The notes under the pieces were generated by a model. It was given only the letters and a program-made list of their open reading frames with translations. It was not told the origin of the DNA and did not search any database. A stretch of 64,000 nucleotides of DNA from Clostridiales bacterium UBA3678 (lineage in GTDB: Bacteria; Bacillota; Clostridia; TANB77; CAG-508). The stretch spans positions 118,002 to 182,001 of the forward strand of contig DFJF01000004.1 of NCBI GenBank assembly GCA_002372935.1, in the 5' to 3' direction. This document shows positions 10,039 through 20,774 of this stretch, in pieces (position 1 is the stretch's first letter; every line of letters starts with the position of its first letter). Both the position numbers and the translations under genes were made by a program.

Positions 10039-10208
10039 TATAAGTTCACCTCCTCTCAAGTGATACAAAATAATCTTTTCTTTTTCTATTTTACATTTAT
10101 AATATATGTTTTTATTTTTGTCAATAGTTAATCATAAATTTATTTTTATTTATATCAAATTTCAATCTAAATATTACTATTTACAGGTAACATTTAGAAT
10201 TTGAACTA

Positions 10209-11237
10209 TCATTCAGTTTTTTTATTTTTTTCAAATTCGGAAATCAAATTATCAACTGTTTTATTATTCACAAATTGTTCTGCCTGTTTTATTGTAAATT
10301 CAAATAGTTTTTCATCACTACTACCATGTGCTTTTACTACAGGTTTTTTTACTCCTAAGAACAATGCTCCACCATATGATTTATAATCCATTGTTTTCGA
10401 AAAACTCTTTATAGCTGGAAGTGATGGTATAGCTAAAATTTTTGTTCCTAAATTTTTAGTAAGGCTTTCAACTAAAGTTCTTTTTACAAATTTACCTAAT
10501 CCTTCTATGGCTTTCAAAAATACATTTCCTGTAAAACCATCTGTAACAATTGCATCTACTTCTCCTGTAAATGCATCTCTTCCTTCTACATTTCCTATAA
10601 AATTAATATCTAATTCTTTTGACTTTTCTTTTAAAAGTTTATAACTTTCTTTAGTTAGCTCATTTCCTTTTGTTTCTTCTGTTCCAATATTTAAAAGTCC
10701 TATTCTTGGATGCTCTATTCCAAATGTATTTTTTATATATATGCTTGACATTTGAGCAAATTGCAATAAATTGATAGGCTTACAATTTGTATTTGAACCA
10801 GAATCTATTAATACAAGTCTACTTTTATAAGCTGGCAATATTCCTGCTAATGCTGGTCTATCTATTCCTTTTATTCTTCCAACTATTAATGTTGCACCAG
10901 TAAGTAAAGCGCCAGAATTTCCTGCAGAAATAAATACATCTCCTTCTCCATCTTTAAGCATTCTAAAACCAACAACCATTGATGAATCTTTTTTATGTTT
11001 TATTGCAACAGTTGGTGTATCTTCCATTTCTATTGTTTCTGTAGTATTATATATTTTTAATCTTGGAGAAATTTCTTCTGCGCTTTTACCATAAAATTCT
11101 TGTAATTTTGACTTAATAACTTCTTCTTTTCCTATTAATATAATTTCTGCCTTTATTTGGTTTATTGCATTTACTGCACCTTTTATAGTAGCATCTGGAG
11201 CATTATCTCCACCCATTGCATCTAATAAAATCTTCAT
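10209..11237 (-). CDS. plsX: phosphate:acyl-ACP acyltransferase PlsX
   Basis: MKILLDAMGGDNAP, ISAGNSGA, GLLNIGTEE and VTDGFTGNV motifs. Start chosen at the ATG at 11237; the track ORF extends to 11255. Confidence 0.93.
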   Translation of the reverse strand: MKILLDAMGGDNAPDATIKGAVNAINQIKAEIILIGKEEVIKSKLQEFYGKSAEEISPRLKIYNTTETIEMEDTPTVAIKHKKDSSMVVGFRMLKDGEGDVFISAGNSGALLTGATLIVGRIKGIDRPALAGILPAYKSRLVLIDSGSNTNCKPINLLQFAQMSSIYIKNTFGIEHPRIGLLNIGTEETKGNELTKESYKLLKEKSKELDINFIGNVEGRDAFTGEVDAIVTDGFTGNVFLKAIEGLGKFVKRTLVESLTKNLGTKILAIPSLPAIKSFSKTMDYKSYGGALFLGVKKPVVKAHGSSDEKLFEFTIKQAEQFVNNKTVDNLISEFEKNKKTE

Positions 11238-11380
11238 ATTTTTCATTCCTTCCAAAATTATGACAATCTTTTATATAGTCTATTTTATGAATTCTATTTT
11301 ATTATCATTTTTTAAAAATTGCAATACCTTTTAGAATAAAATTTCTATTTTTTACATATATTAGCAAAGAGGTGCATTTT

Positions 11381-11629
11381 ATGTATGAAAAAGAAAATAT
11401 AATTATTGATATAAATGATGACGAAAAAAATATTCAATTAATTGATTCAATCATAGAAGCTCAAAAAGATTTAAAAAAAGCAAACATAAATTTTGAATTT
11501 GCAGAAGATGAATTAATAGACTTTTATGCCTATCAAATCAAGGCTTTACAATCAAAATTAGATTACTTAATTAGAATTGCAAAACTTAAAAAAATAGAGC
11601 ATAATTTTTGTAATGAAAATGTCATATAA
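11381..11629 (+). CDS. YaaL/DUF2508-like small protein
   Basis: LIDSIIEAQKDLKKANINFEFAEDELIDFYAYQIKALQSKLDYLIRIAK resembles the DUF2508 pattern. ATG at 11381 behind an AGAGGTG RBS. Confidence 0.4.
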   Translation: MYEKENIIIDINDDEKNIQLIDSIIEAQKDLKKANINFEFAEDELIDFYAYQIKALQSKLDYLIRIAKLKKIEHNFCNENVI

Positions 11630-11720
11630 TTTTTTGAAAAATATTGTCAAAAACTCTTGAATTTATTTTAATTATAGTATAGTATATATAAGTAAGAATT
11701 ATATACTTAGGAGGATAAAA

Positions 11721-12776
11721 ATGGCAAAGAAAACAAAAGATTCTGAAAAAGAAGAATTTAAACCAACAATTATCAAAGAAAATCAGCTAAAAAAAGAAAC
11801 CACAACAGTAAAAGTAGAATCTTCAAAATCACCTACTACTGCAAAAAAGGCTACTACAAAAAAAACAACTACTTCAAAAGCTACTTCTAAGAGAACTACA
11901 ACTAAAAAAGAAGCAAAAAAAGAAATTGTAAAAAAAGCTAAAGAGCTAAAAAAAGCTACTAAAAAAGAAGAAAAAGCTAAAGCTAAAAAAACAAATAGTA
12001 GAAAAACTACTAAAAGATCCTCTAGCAAAAAGCTTTCTAATGTTAAAAAAACAAAAATATTAGATGAAGAAGATATTATTGTAGAAAATGAATCTACTAG
12101 TACAAAAAGCAAAAATTCTTCTAAAAAAATACAATTTCAATCAGAATATTATGATTTACCATATATGTACAACAAAACAATAGTAAAAGTTTTAGCACAA
12201 ACTCCAAAAACACTTTTTATTTATTGGGAAATCTCTAAAAATGATAGAGAAAATTTTAAAAAAACTTATGGTGAAAATTTCTTTGAAACAACTAAACCAA
12301 TATTAATAGTATTTAATGATACTTTACATTATTCTTTTGAAGTAGATATAAATGATTTTGCAAATAGTTGGTATTTGCATATAAATGATGCAAATTGTGA
12401 ATATCATGTAGAACTTGGCAGAAGACCTATATATAATTATATTTCTCAAAATCAAGAAAATGCTTCTTCAAACACTGCCTATATTCCTCATTACATATAT
12501 CTTACCTCTTCTAATGAAATGGTGGCACCAAATAATAAAATTTTATTTAATCCAAATTTGCGTACCATTAGATTTAGAAATGTAAAAACAGGACAAGTTA
12601 CCGAAAAGGATATTAGACAATTTACATTTATTACTAACTTTGGAATATTTACTATCCAAGATTTATATAAATATTTATATCCTAATGAAAACTTTGAATT
12701 TGAAAATGTCTTTATTGGAAATCCATCATCAAGAGGTGGAAATTCATCTGGAATGTTTTCATCACAATTTAAATAA
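11721..12776 (+). CDS. Lys/Thr-rich N-terminal, DUF4912-like C-terminal protein (GH57-associated)
   Basis: YDLPYMYNKTIVKVLAQTPKTLFIYWEIS resembles the DUF4912 start, as recalled. Lies directly upstream of the GH57 branching enzyme. Confidence 0.55.
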   Translation: MAKKTKDSEKEEFKPTIIKENQLKKETTTVKVESSKSPTTAKKATTKKTTTSKATSKRTTTKKEAKKEIVKKAKELKKATKKEEKAKAKKTNSRKTTKRSSSKKLSNVKKTKILDEEDIIVENESTSTKSKNSSKKIQFQSEYYDLPYMYNKTIVKVLAQTPKTLFIYWEISKNDRENFKKTYGENFFETTKPILIVFNDTLHYSFEVDINDFANSWYLHINDANCEYHVELGRRPIYNYISQNQENASSNTAYIPHYIYLTSSNEMVAPNNKILFNPNLRTIRFRNVKTGQVTEKDIRQFTFITNFGIFTIQDLYKYLYPNENFEFENVFIGNPSSRGGNSSGMFSSQFK

Positions 12777-12834
12777 AAATTTAAAAGGTTTGAAGTTAGA
12801 TTTTAGCTCCAACCTTTTTTGATAGGAGAACAAA

Positions 12835-14514
12835 ATGCAAAAAAAAGGATACCTAAGCTTTGTATTGCATGCACATCTTCCATTTATTCATCACCCAGAA
12901 AGTGATGATTACTTAGAAGAGTCTTGGCTATATGAAGCAATATCAGAAACATATATACCATTATTACAAAATTTTCAAAAATTAGTTGATGAAGGAGTTA
13001 ATTTTAGAATTACAATGACTATGACTCCTCCTCTTCTTTCTATGCTTGATAGTAAACTATTACAGCAAAAATACATTAACTACTTAAAGCAACATATTGA
13101 GCTTTCAAAAAAAGAAATAGAAAGGACTAAATATGACTCAAGAATAAATGAGCTTTCAAAATATTATTATAAAAGATATTCAAAAGATTTACATTGGTTT
13201 AAAGATATTTACAAATGCAATCTAATTACAGGGTTTAAAAAATTTCAAGATTTAGGTGTATTAGAAATAATTACCTGTGGTGCAACACATGGATATTTTC
13301 CAATTTTATATGTTAATGAAAAGACAGTTAGAGCCCAAATTGCAGTTGGTGTTCAAACTTATGAAAGATATTTTGGAAAAAAGCCGCGTGGAATCTGGCT
13401 TCCAGAGTGTGGATATGTTCCAGAAGCTGATAAATATTTAAGAGAATTTGGATTAGAATATGCAATTGTTGAAACTCATGGTATTTTATATGCTAACCCT
13501 ACACCTGTTTATGGAACTTTAGCACCAATTGTTTCCCCTCGTGGATTCACTGTTTTTGGACGTGATTTAGAATCTTCAAGGCAAGTTTGGAGTTCTATAA
13601 ATGGTTATCCAGGAGATTTTAATTATCGTGAATTTTACCGTGATATTGGTTATGAAGCAGATTATGATTATATAAGACCTTATATTGCTCATGATGGTGT
13701 TAGAGTTAATACTGGAATAAAATATAATAGAATTACTGGTAAATCTGAATATAAAGATGTTTACAATATTCAATGGGCAAAAGATTCTGCTGAACGCCAA
13801 GCAGGTCACTTTTTAGATTGTAGAACAGCCCAAATAGAAAATGCAAGTAAATATATGGATAAACCTCCAATTGTACTTTGTCCTTATGATGCAGAACTTT
13901 ATGGTCATTGGTGGTATGAAGGTCCATATTGGTTATACATATTATTTAAAAAGATTTATTATGATGAATGTAATTTTGAGCTTATTACTCCATCAGAATA
14001 CATAGATAAATATCCAGAAATTCAAGAATGTGAACCTTGCCGTTCTAGTTGGGGAGCTAATGGATATAGTGAAGTTTGGCTTAATCCATCAAATGATTAT
14101 GCTCATAGACACCTACATACTGCAGGAAATAGAATGTGTGAAATAGCATATCAATTTAGAGATTTAAATGGTGAGTTAGACAAAATGGAAAATCAAATTA
14201 AAGAACTTCGTTCTGCCAAAAAAACTGTCACCTCTATTACCTCATCATCTAAATACAGAAAAACAAAATTAAAAGTTCGTGCTTTAAACCAGATGGCCCG
14301 TGAGCTTCTTCTTGCACAAAGTAGTGATTGGTTGTTTATTATTACAAATAATACAATGGTTGATTATGCACACAAAAGAATTAAAGATCATATTGGAAGA
14401 TTCACAAAATTATATAATGAAATAAAAGAAGATAAGATTGATGCTAAATTTTTAAAAGATATAGAAATTAAAGATGCGATATTTCCAGATATTGATTATA
14501 GAATTTATAGCTAA
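12835..14514 (+). CDS. GH57-family 1,4-alpha-glucan branching enzyme
   Basis: GYLSFVLHAHLPFIHHPE N-terminus, WLPECGY, ELYGHWWYEGPYW, about 560 aa. Confidence 0.88.
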   Translation: MQKKGYLSFVLHAHLPFIHHPESDDYLEESWLYEAISETYIPLLQNFQKLVDEGVNFRITMTMTPPLLSMLDSKLLQQKYINYLKQHIELSKKEIERTKYDSRINELSKYYYKRYSKDLHWFKDIYKCNLITGFKKFQDLGVLEIITCGATHGYFPILYVNEKTVRAQIAVGVQTYERYFGKKPRGIWLPECGYVPEADKYLREFGLEYAIVETHGILYANPTPVYGTLAPIVSPRGFTVFGRDLESSRQVWSSINGYPGDFNYREFYRDIGYEADYDYIRPYIAHDGVRVNTGIKYNRITGKSEYKDVYNIQWAKDSAERQAGHFLDCRTAQIENASKYMDKPPIVLCPYDAELYGHWWYEGPYWLYILFKKIYYDECNFELITPSEYIDKYPEIQECEPCRSSWGANGYSEVWLNPSNDYAHRHLHTAGNRMCEIAYQFRDLNGELDKMENQIKELRSAKKTVTSITSSSKYRKTKLKVRALNQMARELLLAQSSDWLFIITNNTMVDYAHKRIKDHIGRFTKLYNEIKEDKIDAKFLKDIEIKDAIFPDIDYRIYS

Positions 14515-14531
14515 ATTTTTTCATTTGTTTC

Positions 14532-14598
14532 AAAAAGGGACGGTTCTTTTTCAAAAAAGAACCGTCCCTTTTTGAAAAAGAACCGTCCCTCTTTGAAA
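14532..14598. repeat. three-arm GGGACGGTTC palindromic terminator repeat (copy 1)
   Basis: AAAAAGGGACGGTTCTTTTT / AAAAAGAACCGTCCCTTTTT / GAAAAAGAACCGTCCCTCTTTG: one forward arm and two reverse arms between convergent GH57 and glyQS. Confidence 0.85.
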
Positions 14599-14605
14599 TT
14601 TAAAT

Positions 14606-15988
14606 TTAAAATTCTATCTTTTCTTCTATCCATTTTTCTACTTCAGAAATTGGTATACGAACTTGTTCCATTGTATCTCTATCACGTATTGTAACTTTAT
14701 GGTCTTCTAATGTATCAAAATCTACTGTTACACAATATGGTGTTCCTATTTCATCTTCTCTTCTATATCTCTTTCCTATTGAACCAGTTTCATCATAGTC
14801 ACACATAAATGATTTTGAAAGCTCATCATGTAATTTCATTGCTTGTTCTGATAATTTTTTAGATAGTGGTAATACTGCAGCTTTATATGGTGCAAGTGCT
14901 GGATGCAAATGCATTACAACTCTTGAATCTCCTTGTGATATTTCTTGTTCTTCATAAGCATCACATAAAAACATAAGCATTAATCTATCTACTCCAACAG
15001 ATGGTTCAATAACAAATGGTACATATTTTTCCTTTGTTTCTGGGTCTAAATATGATAGATCTTGTTTTGTAGCCTCCATATGTCTTGATAAATCATAATT
15101 TGTTCTATCTGCAATTCCCCATACTTCTCCCCAACCAAATGGAAATTTGTACTCAATATCTGCTGTTGCTGTACTATAAAATGATAATTCTTCTTTGCTG
15201 TGATTTCTAAATCTTATGTGTTCTTCATTTGCTCCTAAAGATAATAAAAAGTTTTTACAATAATTCTTCCAATATTCATGCCATTCTAAATCTGTTCCTG
15301 GTTTACAGAAAAACTCTATTTCCATTTGTTCAAATTCACGTGTTCTAAATATAAAGTTTCCTGGTGTGATTTCATTTCTAAACGCCTTTCCTTGTTGACA
15401 TATACCCATTGGCAATCTTCTTCTTGTTGTTCTTAAAACATTTTTAAAATTGACAAATATTCCTTGAGCTGTTTCTGGTCTAAGATATATTTCTGATTTT
15501 GCGTCTTCTGTTGTTCCTTGGAATGTTTTGAACATTAAATTAAACTTTCTAATTGGTGTAAAATTAAGCTTTCCACATTTTGGACATACAATGTTATTGT
15601 CATAAATATATTTTATTGTTTCTTCATCACTCCAGCCATCTGCTATAACATCTTTTCCATTTTTTGTTGCCCATTCTTCTATTAATTTATCGGCTCTATG
15701 TCTAGTCTTGCATTCTTTGCAATCTATAAGTGGATCTGCAAATGTACTTACATGTCCTGTTGTTACCCAAACTTCTGGATTCATAAGTATGGCAGTATCT
15801 ATTCCAACATTATATTTGTTTTCTTGTACCATTTTCTTCATCCAAGCTTTTTTTACATTGTTTTTTAATTGAACTCCTAATGGTCCATAATCCCAAGTAT
15901 TTGAAAGACCACCATATATTTCTGAACCTGGATATACGAATCCTCTATTTTTACATAAACTAACAAGTTTTTCCATTGAATCTATCAT
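14606..15988 (-). CDS. glyQS: glycine--tRNA ligase (homodimeric class II type)
   Basis: 460 aa. [43 protein letters not shown] and [11 protein letters not shown] motifs. Confidence 0.95.
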   Translation of the reverse strand: MIDSMEKLVSLCKNRGFVYPGSEIYGGLSNTWDYGPLGVQLKNNVKKAWMKKMVQENKYNVGIDTAILMNPEVWVTTGHVSTFADPLIDCKECKTRHRADKLIEEWATKNGKDVIADGWSDEETIKYIYDNNIVCPKCGKLNFTPIRKFNLMFKTFQGTTEDAKSEIYLRPETAQGIFVNFKNVLRTTRRRLPMGICQQGKAFRNEITPGNFIFRTREFEQMEIEFFCKPGTDLEWHEYWKNYCKNFLLSLGANEEHIRFRNHSKEELSFYSTATADIEYKFPFGWGEVWGIADRTNYDLSRHMEATKQDLSYLDPETKEKYVPFVIEPSVGVDRLMLMFLCDAYEEQEISQGDSRVVMHLHPALAPYKAAVLPLSKKLSEQAMKLHDELSKSFMCDYDETGSIGKRYRREDEIGTPYCVTVDFDTLEDHKVTIRDRDTMEQVRIPISEVEKWIEEKIEF

Positions 15989-16194
15989 TTTATTGCATCC
16001 CCATTCGTTTTTTTAAATTTTGATATTTCTCATTGTACTACATATTTTTTCTTTTTTCAATAGTAATTTTGTAATTTTTTTGCAAAATCTATTAAAAAAA
16101 CTCTGTACAAATAGACATAAAAGTTATATAATGCAATTACAAATTTTAATTTAAAGGATAAATTTAATAACTATTAATTTTACCCTATTTTTTA

Positions 16195-17736
16195 TTGAAG
16201 GTGATAAAATTGATTTTAAAGGATGTACTAAAAGACATTGAAATTATCGAAAAAAAAGGAAATCTTGAAATTGAAATAACCAACATAACATCAGATTCTA
16301 GAAATGTAGAAAAAAATGGATTATTTGTTGCAATAATTGGTTATGTAATGGACGGTACACAATTTATTCCAAATGCTATAGAAAATGGAGCTACAGGAAT
16401 TATGGTAGACGAAACAACAGATATTTCTTCAATTGAATTTCCAGATAATGTTACAATTGTAAAAGTAAAAAATATCCGTCATTCACTTGCTATAGCTAGT
16501 TGTAATCTTTATGATTATCCGTCAAAAAAACTAAAATTAATCGGAGTAACAGGTACAAAGGGTAAAACTACTTCTACTTATATGATTAAATCTATTTTAC
16601 AACAAACGGGTTTTAAAGTAGGTTTAATTGGAAGTATAGCAATTTATATTAATAATCATAAAATTGAAGATATGGATCGTACTTCTGCAGAAAGCTATAA
16701 ATTGCAAAAAACATTGGCAATGATGGTTGAACAAAAAGTAGACATTGTCGTATTAGAAGTATCTTCTCAAGCAATGAAATTAGATAGAGTTACAGGTTGT
16801 GATTTTGATAGAGTATTATTTACAAATTTATCTGAAGATCATATAAGTCCTAGAGAACATAAAGATATGGAAGATTATTTTAATGCAAAACTCTCTTTAG
16901 CAAAAATGGCTCCTATTGTTGTGTATAATTCAGATAATGAATATACAGCACGTATCCCTGTTTTATTGAAAGATAAAAAATTAATAAGTTTTGGTTTAAA
17001 AAATAAATCCAATTTTATGGCAGAAAATTTAAAAATGGCAAATAATGGTGTTGATTTCACAGTAAAAACTATTAACTCAAAATTCGATGCACATATTTCG
17101 ATTCCAGGCAAATATATGGTTTACAATGCACTTGGAGCAATCGCTATTTCAAGTACTTTTGGAGTCAAAGAAAATCAAATTCAAGATGGTTTAAAAGATG
17201 TTAAAGTATTTGGAAGAAGTGAACTTGTACCTAACAAATTAGGTCTTACAATAATTATAGATTATGCACATACTCCATCTAGTTTGCAATCAATTTTAGA
17301 AACTGTAAAGCCATATACTAAAGGCAGAGTAATTTGTACTTGGGGTGTTGGTGGAGATAGAGATGCTAAAAAGCGTCCACTAATGGGTGAAATCTCCGGA
17401 AAATATGCAGATTACACCATTCTTACTTCTGATCAAGTTCGTACAGAAAATCCAAAAAAGATTCTTCTAGAAATAGAATCTGGTCTTAAAAAAGTTACAG
17501 ATCAATATACAATCATTTTAAATAGAACTGAAGCTATTCGTCATGCTATAAAAATGGCAACTAAAGATGATGTGATTGTTCTTCCTGGACTTGGAAGTGA
17601 TTTATACATTGAATATATGAGAGTTAAATATCCTTATGATGAAAGAGTCGTTATACACAATATAATAGATGAAATAATTTCAGGTGGACAGGAAAAGGAA
17701 AACTATCCAATAGAAAGAATAATGAAAAATTTTTAG
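16195..17736 (+). CDS. divergent MurE-like Mur ligase paralog
   Basis: P-loop GVTGTKGKTTSTYM and MurE-like overall layout. The DNPR position reads TSDQVRTENP and AGKGHE reads PGLGSD. The track start at 16195 is TTG; an alternative TTG lies near 16210. Confidence 0.8.
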   Translation: MKVIKLILKDVLKDIEIIEKKGNLEIEITNITSDSRNVEKNGLFVAIIGYVMDGTQFIPNAIENGATGIMVDETTDISSIEFPDNVTIVKVKNIRHSLAIASCNLYDYPSKKLKLIGVTGTKGKTTSTYMIKSILQQTGFKVGLIGSIAIYINNHKIEDMDRTSAESYKLQKTLAMMVEQKVDIVVLEVSSQAMKLDRVTGCDFDRVLFTNLSEDHISPREHKDMEDYFNAKLSLAKMAPIVVYNSDNEYTARIPVLLKDKKLISFGLKNKSNFMAENLKMANNGVDFTVKTINSKFDAHISIPGKYMVYNALGAIAISSTFGVKENQIQDGLKDVKVFGRSELVPNKLGLTIIIDYAHTPSSLQSILETVKPYTKGRVICTWGVGGDRDAKKRPLMGEISGKYADYTILTSDQVRTENPKKILLEIESGLKKVTDQYTIILNRTEAIRHAIKMATKDDVIVLPGLGSDLYIEYMRVKYPYDERVVIHNIIDEIISGGQEKENYPIERIMKNF

Positions 17737-17751
17737 AAAGGGATAATAATT

Positions 17752-20526
17752 ATGCAAACACATTTTAAAAAAATAATAAAAAAACTAAATACATATCAAA
17801 TGTATACAATTCTATTTATAATACTTTGTTTTATAATATTTTTTGCTTTTATAAAAAACAATAGAACTTTTATATGGAAAACAGATGGGTTCAAACAACA
17901 CTATCTTATATTAGAAAACTTTTATAATACAATAAAAAATGGGAATGGTAGTATTTCAGGATTTTCATGGAATCTTGGACTTGGGCTAGATAAAATTGGA
18001 CAACTTTCATATTATTTATTAGGTGATCCTTTTGCTTATATTAGTCTTCTATTTCCATATTCAAAATTAAAACTAGCATATAGTATTTTAGTTATACTTA
18101 GAATTTTCTGTGTAGGACTTGCTTTTATTGCATATTCTAACTATCACAAAAAAGAAAAATATGCTACACTTGTTGGTGCATTATTATACACATTTAGTGG
18201 TTTTATTATAGCTTCTGCAATTCGACATCCATTTTTCACTAATGCAGCAATTTGGCTTCCATTAATGTTTTTAGGAATAGACAAGATTTTAAAAGAAGAT
18301 AAATACAAATTATTTACAATTGTAAGTGCAATTTCTGCAATTTCAAACTACTATTTCTTTTATATGATAACTATTCTTACATTTATCTATGCTATAGTAA
18401 AATACTTTAATGAATATTATAAAGATCATGGTTTAAAAACATTTTTTGCCAAGTTTTTTAAAACATTATTATGCTATATTATTGGTGTTTTATCTGCTGG
18501 AATATTATTATTACCAACAATTTATGCTCTTGCAAACAATTCAAGACTTATAGATGTTGGTTTTACTTACTATAATCTTGATTATTATGCAAAACTCATA
18601 TTTATGAGTGAAAAAACACCATTTTGGGTAAGAATTTTCGTTTGTCCACTTGTTCTTACAATTTTACCAATATCAATATTAAACTTTAAAAAGAACAAAG
18701 AAAACAGAACATTTTTAATTAATTTAATAATACAAACTATAATTTTACTAATACCATTTTTAGGTTCTGTTATGAATGGTTTTTCTTTCCAATCAAATAG
18801 ATGGACATTTGCATATACATTTGTGCTTTCATATCTTGTTACTTTAAATATTAGAAAAGACTTAATCTATTCTCCAAGAGAATTTAAACTAGTAAAAAGA
18901 TTTTATATAATCTATTTCTTATTATGGTATATTTTAAGAGAACATGTAGGGATATTCCCTATTACTACAATAGCTTTTGGATTTTTATATTTACTAATAT
19001 TGGTTTCAAGAAGCTTAGATTATCCAGAAATTAAAAAAGAGCAACAATTTAGATATGCAGAAAATTTAAAAACTCCAGAATCTAATATTATTAAAAATAG
19101 AGTAAAATATGTCTTACTTGCAACAATTTGTTTAAATATTGTTCTCTTTTCTTGGCAAGTAATTTATCACTCTAAATATTATAAAGCGTTTTTAAAAGAA
19201 GATAAAGTTGATTCAAGGTATGGTAATCTTATAAATCAATTACCACATTTTGATGAAGCAGTTAAATATATTCAAGAAAATGATAATTCAACATATAGAA
19301 TTGCAACAAATGTTTCTGAATCAAATAATGAATCTTTCAAATACAATTATTTAGGATTAAATACATACCTTTCTGTTGGAAACAAATATATTTCTAATCT
19401 TTCAAAAGAATTATTAATATTAAATATTGCTAAAACTAATCCTTTAAGAGAATTTGATTCAAGAACAAGAATTTTGACCCTTATGGGTAACAAATACTAT
19501 GTAGTTTCTAAAGATAAAGCAAATTATGTTCCTTATGGATATACATTAATCAAAGAAATAAAAGATCAAGAATCAGATGATGATACAGCATGTATTTATG
19601 AGAATCAAAATTATCTTCCTATTTGTGTATTTTACAATAATTACACATCAAAAGAAGAATATAATAAATTATCTGCATTAGAAAAAGAGCAAGCTCTTTT
19701 AAAAACTGCAGTCATAGAAAATAAAGATTTAGTTAATAATTATAATATAAAATCAGATTCTTCTATTTTAAATAATTTGCAAACAAATAATGTAAATTAT
19801 GAATTAAATGACAGTCATGGACTTGTATCAAACAATACAATAACAACAACCAAAAAATATAAATCAATAAAATTAAATATATCTGATGGTATAAATACTA
19901 AAAACTGTGAATTATATTTATATTTTGAAAATTTAAAATTTAATGGAACTAAAGAATATTCTATTACAGCTAAATACAATGGAGTGACAAAAGAACAAGT
20001 TGTAAAAGATAAAGTTACAAGCCCATATTATATCGAAACTCCAAACATATTATTTAATTTAGGATATAGTGAGCAACATTCAGGAAGTATTAAAATATTA
20101 TTTAGTTTAAAAGGAACATATACATTTGATAATATTAAGCTTATAGCAGTTCCAATGGATAATTACTCTAATGATATATCAAATTTAAAGAAATATGAAT
20201 TTAAATTAGAATCATTTAATGACAATAATCTAACAGGTTCTATAAATAATAGCGAAGATGGTATTTTACAAGTTTCTACATCATATACTTCTGGTTGGAA
20301 GGCTTATGTAGATGGAGTTGAAACCAAAACTATAAATGTTAATACAGGATTTATCGGTATTCCTCTTACTTCTGGAAAACATAAAATAGAACTTAAATAT
20401 GAAACACCTTATTTACAATTAGGAACTAAACTTTCAATTGTCGGCGTTATATTAATTATTTTAGTATTTATTATTGATATTATTAGATCTATTATTGAAA
20501 GGAGGAAAAAGAAAAATGCTAGATGA
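17752..20526 (+). CDS. YfhO-family polytopic membrane protein (putative glycosyltransferase)
   Basis: 924 aa. About 12 or more N-terminal TM helices, a large extracytoplasmic domain and a terminal TM helix. This is the YfhO-like architecture, recognised from the N-terminal region only. Confidence 0.65.
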   Translation: MQTHFKKIIKKLNTYQMYTILFIILCFIIFFAFIKNNRTFIWKTDGFKQHYLILENFYNTIKNGNGSISGFSWNLGLGLDKIGQLSYYLLGDPFAYISLLFPYSKLKLAYSILVILRIFCVGLAFIAYSNYHKKEKYATLVGALLYTFSGFIIASAIRHPFFTNAAIWLPLMFLGIDKILKEDKYKLFTIVSAISAISNYYFFYMITILTFIYAIVKYFNEYYKDHGLKTFFAKFFKTLLCYIIGVLSAGILLLPTIYALANNSRLIDVGFTYYNLDYYAKLIFMSEKTPFWVRIFVCPLVLTILPISILNFKKNKENRTFLINLIIQTIILLIPFLGSVMNGFSFQSNRWTFAYTFVLSYLVTLNIRKDLIYSPREFKLVKRFYIIYFLLWYILREHVGIFPITTIAFGFLYLLILVSRSLDYPEIKKEQQFRYAENLKTPESNIIKNRVKYVLLATICLNIVLFSWQVIYHSKYYKAFLKEDKVDSRYGNLINQLPHFDEAVKYIQENDNSTYRIATNVSESNNESFKYNYLGLNTYLSVGNKYISNLSKELLILNIAKTNPLREFDSRTRILTLMGNKYYVVSKDKANYVPYGYTLIKEIKDQESDDDTACIYENQNYLPICVFYNNYTSKEEYNKLSALEKEQALLKTAVIENKDLVNNYNIKSDSSILNNLQTNNVNYELNDSHGLVSNNTITTTKKYKSIKLNISDGINTKNCELYLYFENLKFNGTKEYSITAKYNGVTKEQVVKDKVTSPYYIETPNILFNLGYSEQHSGSIKILFSLKGTYTFDNIKLIAVPMDNYSNDISNLKKYEFKLESFNDNNLTGSINNSEDGILQVSTSYTSGWKAYVDGVETKTINVNTGFIGIPLTSGKHKIELKYETPYLQLGTKLSIVGVILIILVFIIDIIRSIIERRKKKNAR

Positions 20527-20701
20527 AAAGAATAATCCCGAAACAGAAGATGAACCAAAAAAAGAAATTGAAATTATAACTGGTGATGGATCTGAAATCT
20601 CAATTTCCCCAGTATATGATCATATCAAACTAGACAAAGATGATGAAAAAAAGAAAAAAGATCCTAATGAAAAAATAATTATTCCAAAAGGAAAAAAGTA
20701 A
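20516..20701 (+). CDS. small acidic/Lys-rich protein, translationally coupled to yfhO-like gene
   Basis: ATG at 20516 behind AAAGGAGG, overlapping the yfhO-like 3' end. MLDEKNNPETEDEPKKEIEIITGDGSEISISPVYDH... No family recognised. Confidence 0.35.
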   Translation: MLDEKNNPETEDEPKKEIEIITGDGSEISISPVYDHIKLDKDDEKKKKDPNEKIIIPKGKK

Positions 20702-20705
20702 ACTT

Positions 20706-20774
20706 TCAAAAGGGGACGGTTCTTTTTTGAAAAGGGACGGTTCTTTTTTGAAAAAGAACCGTCCCTTTTTGAAA
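20706..20774. repeat. three-arm GGGACGGTTC palindromic terminator repeat (copy 2)
   Basis: CAAAAGGGGACGGTTCTTTTTTG / AAAAGGGACGGTTCTTTTTTG / AAAAAGAACCGTCCCTTTTTG: two forward arms and one reverse arm between convergent genes. Confidence 0.85.

Noticed and set aside
9793-11237. plsX and acpP are adjacent, with no fabD/fabG (or rpmF) between or around them.
   Set aside because: Gene-order variation. The fab genes may be elsewhere, so there is no evidence here for loss of fatty-acid synthesis.
12640-12822. 60-aa ORF overlapping the end of the DUF4912-like gene.
   Set aside because: It is an alternative frame of a supported gene, with no RBS.
15989-16194. Expected a T-box leader upstream of glyQS, which is common for aminoacyl-tRNA synthetase genes in Firmicutes.
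   Set aside because: The 206-nt region is almost pure AT. It lacks the conserved T-box sequence (AAnnnGGGTGGTACCGCG-like) and any GC-containing antiterminator.
20474-20701. The track ORF starts at 20474, inside the yfhO-like gene.
   Set aside because: The internal ATG at 20516 has a strong AAAGGAGG RBS and the upstream extension does not. Even the shorter ORF is kept only at low confidence.
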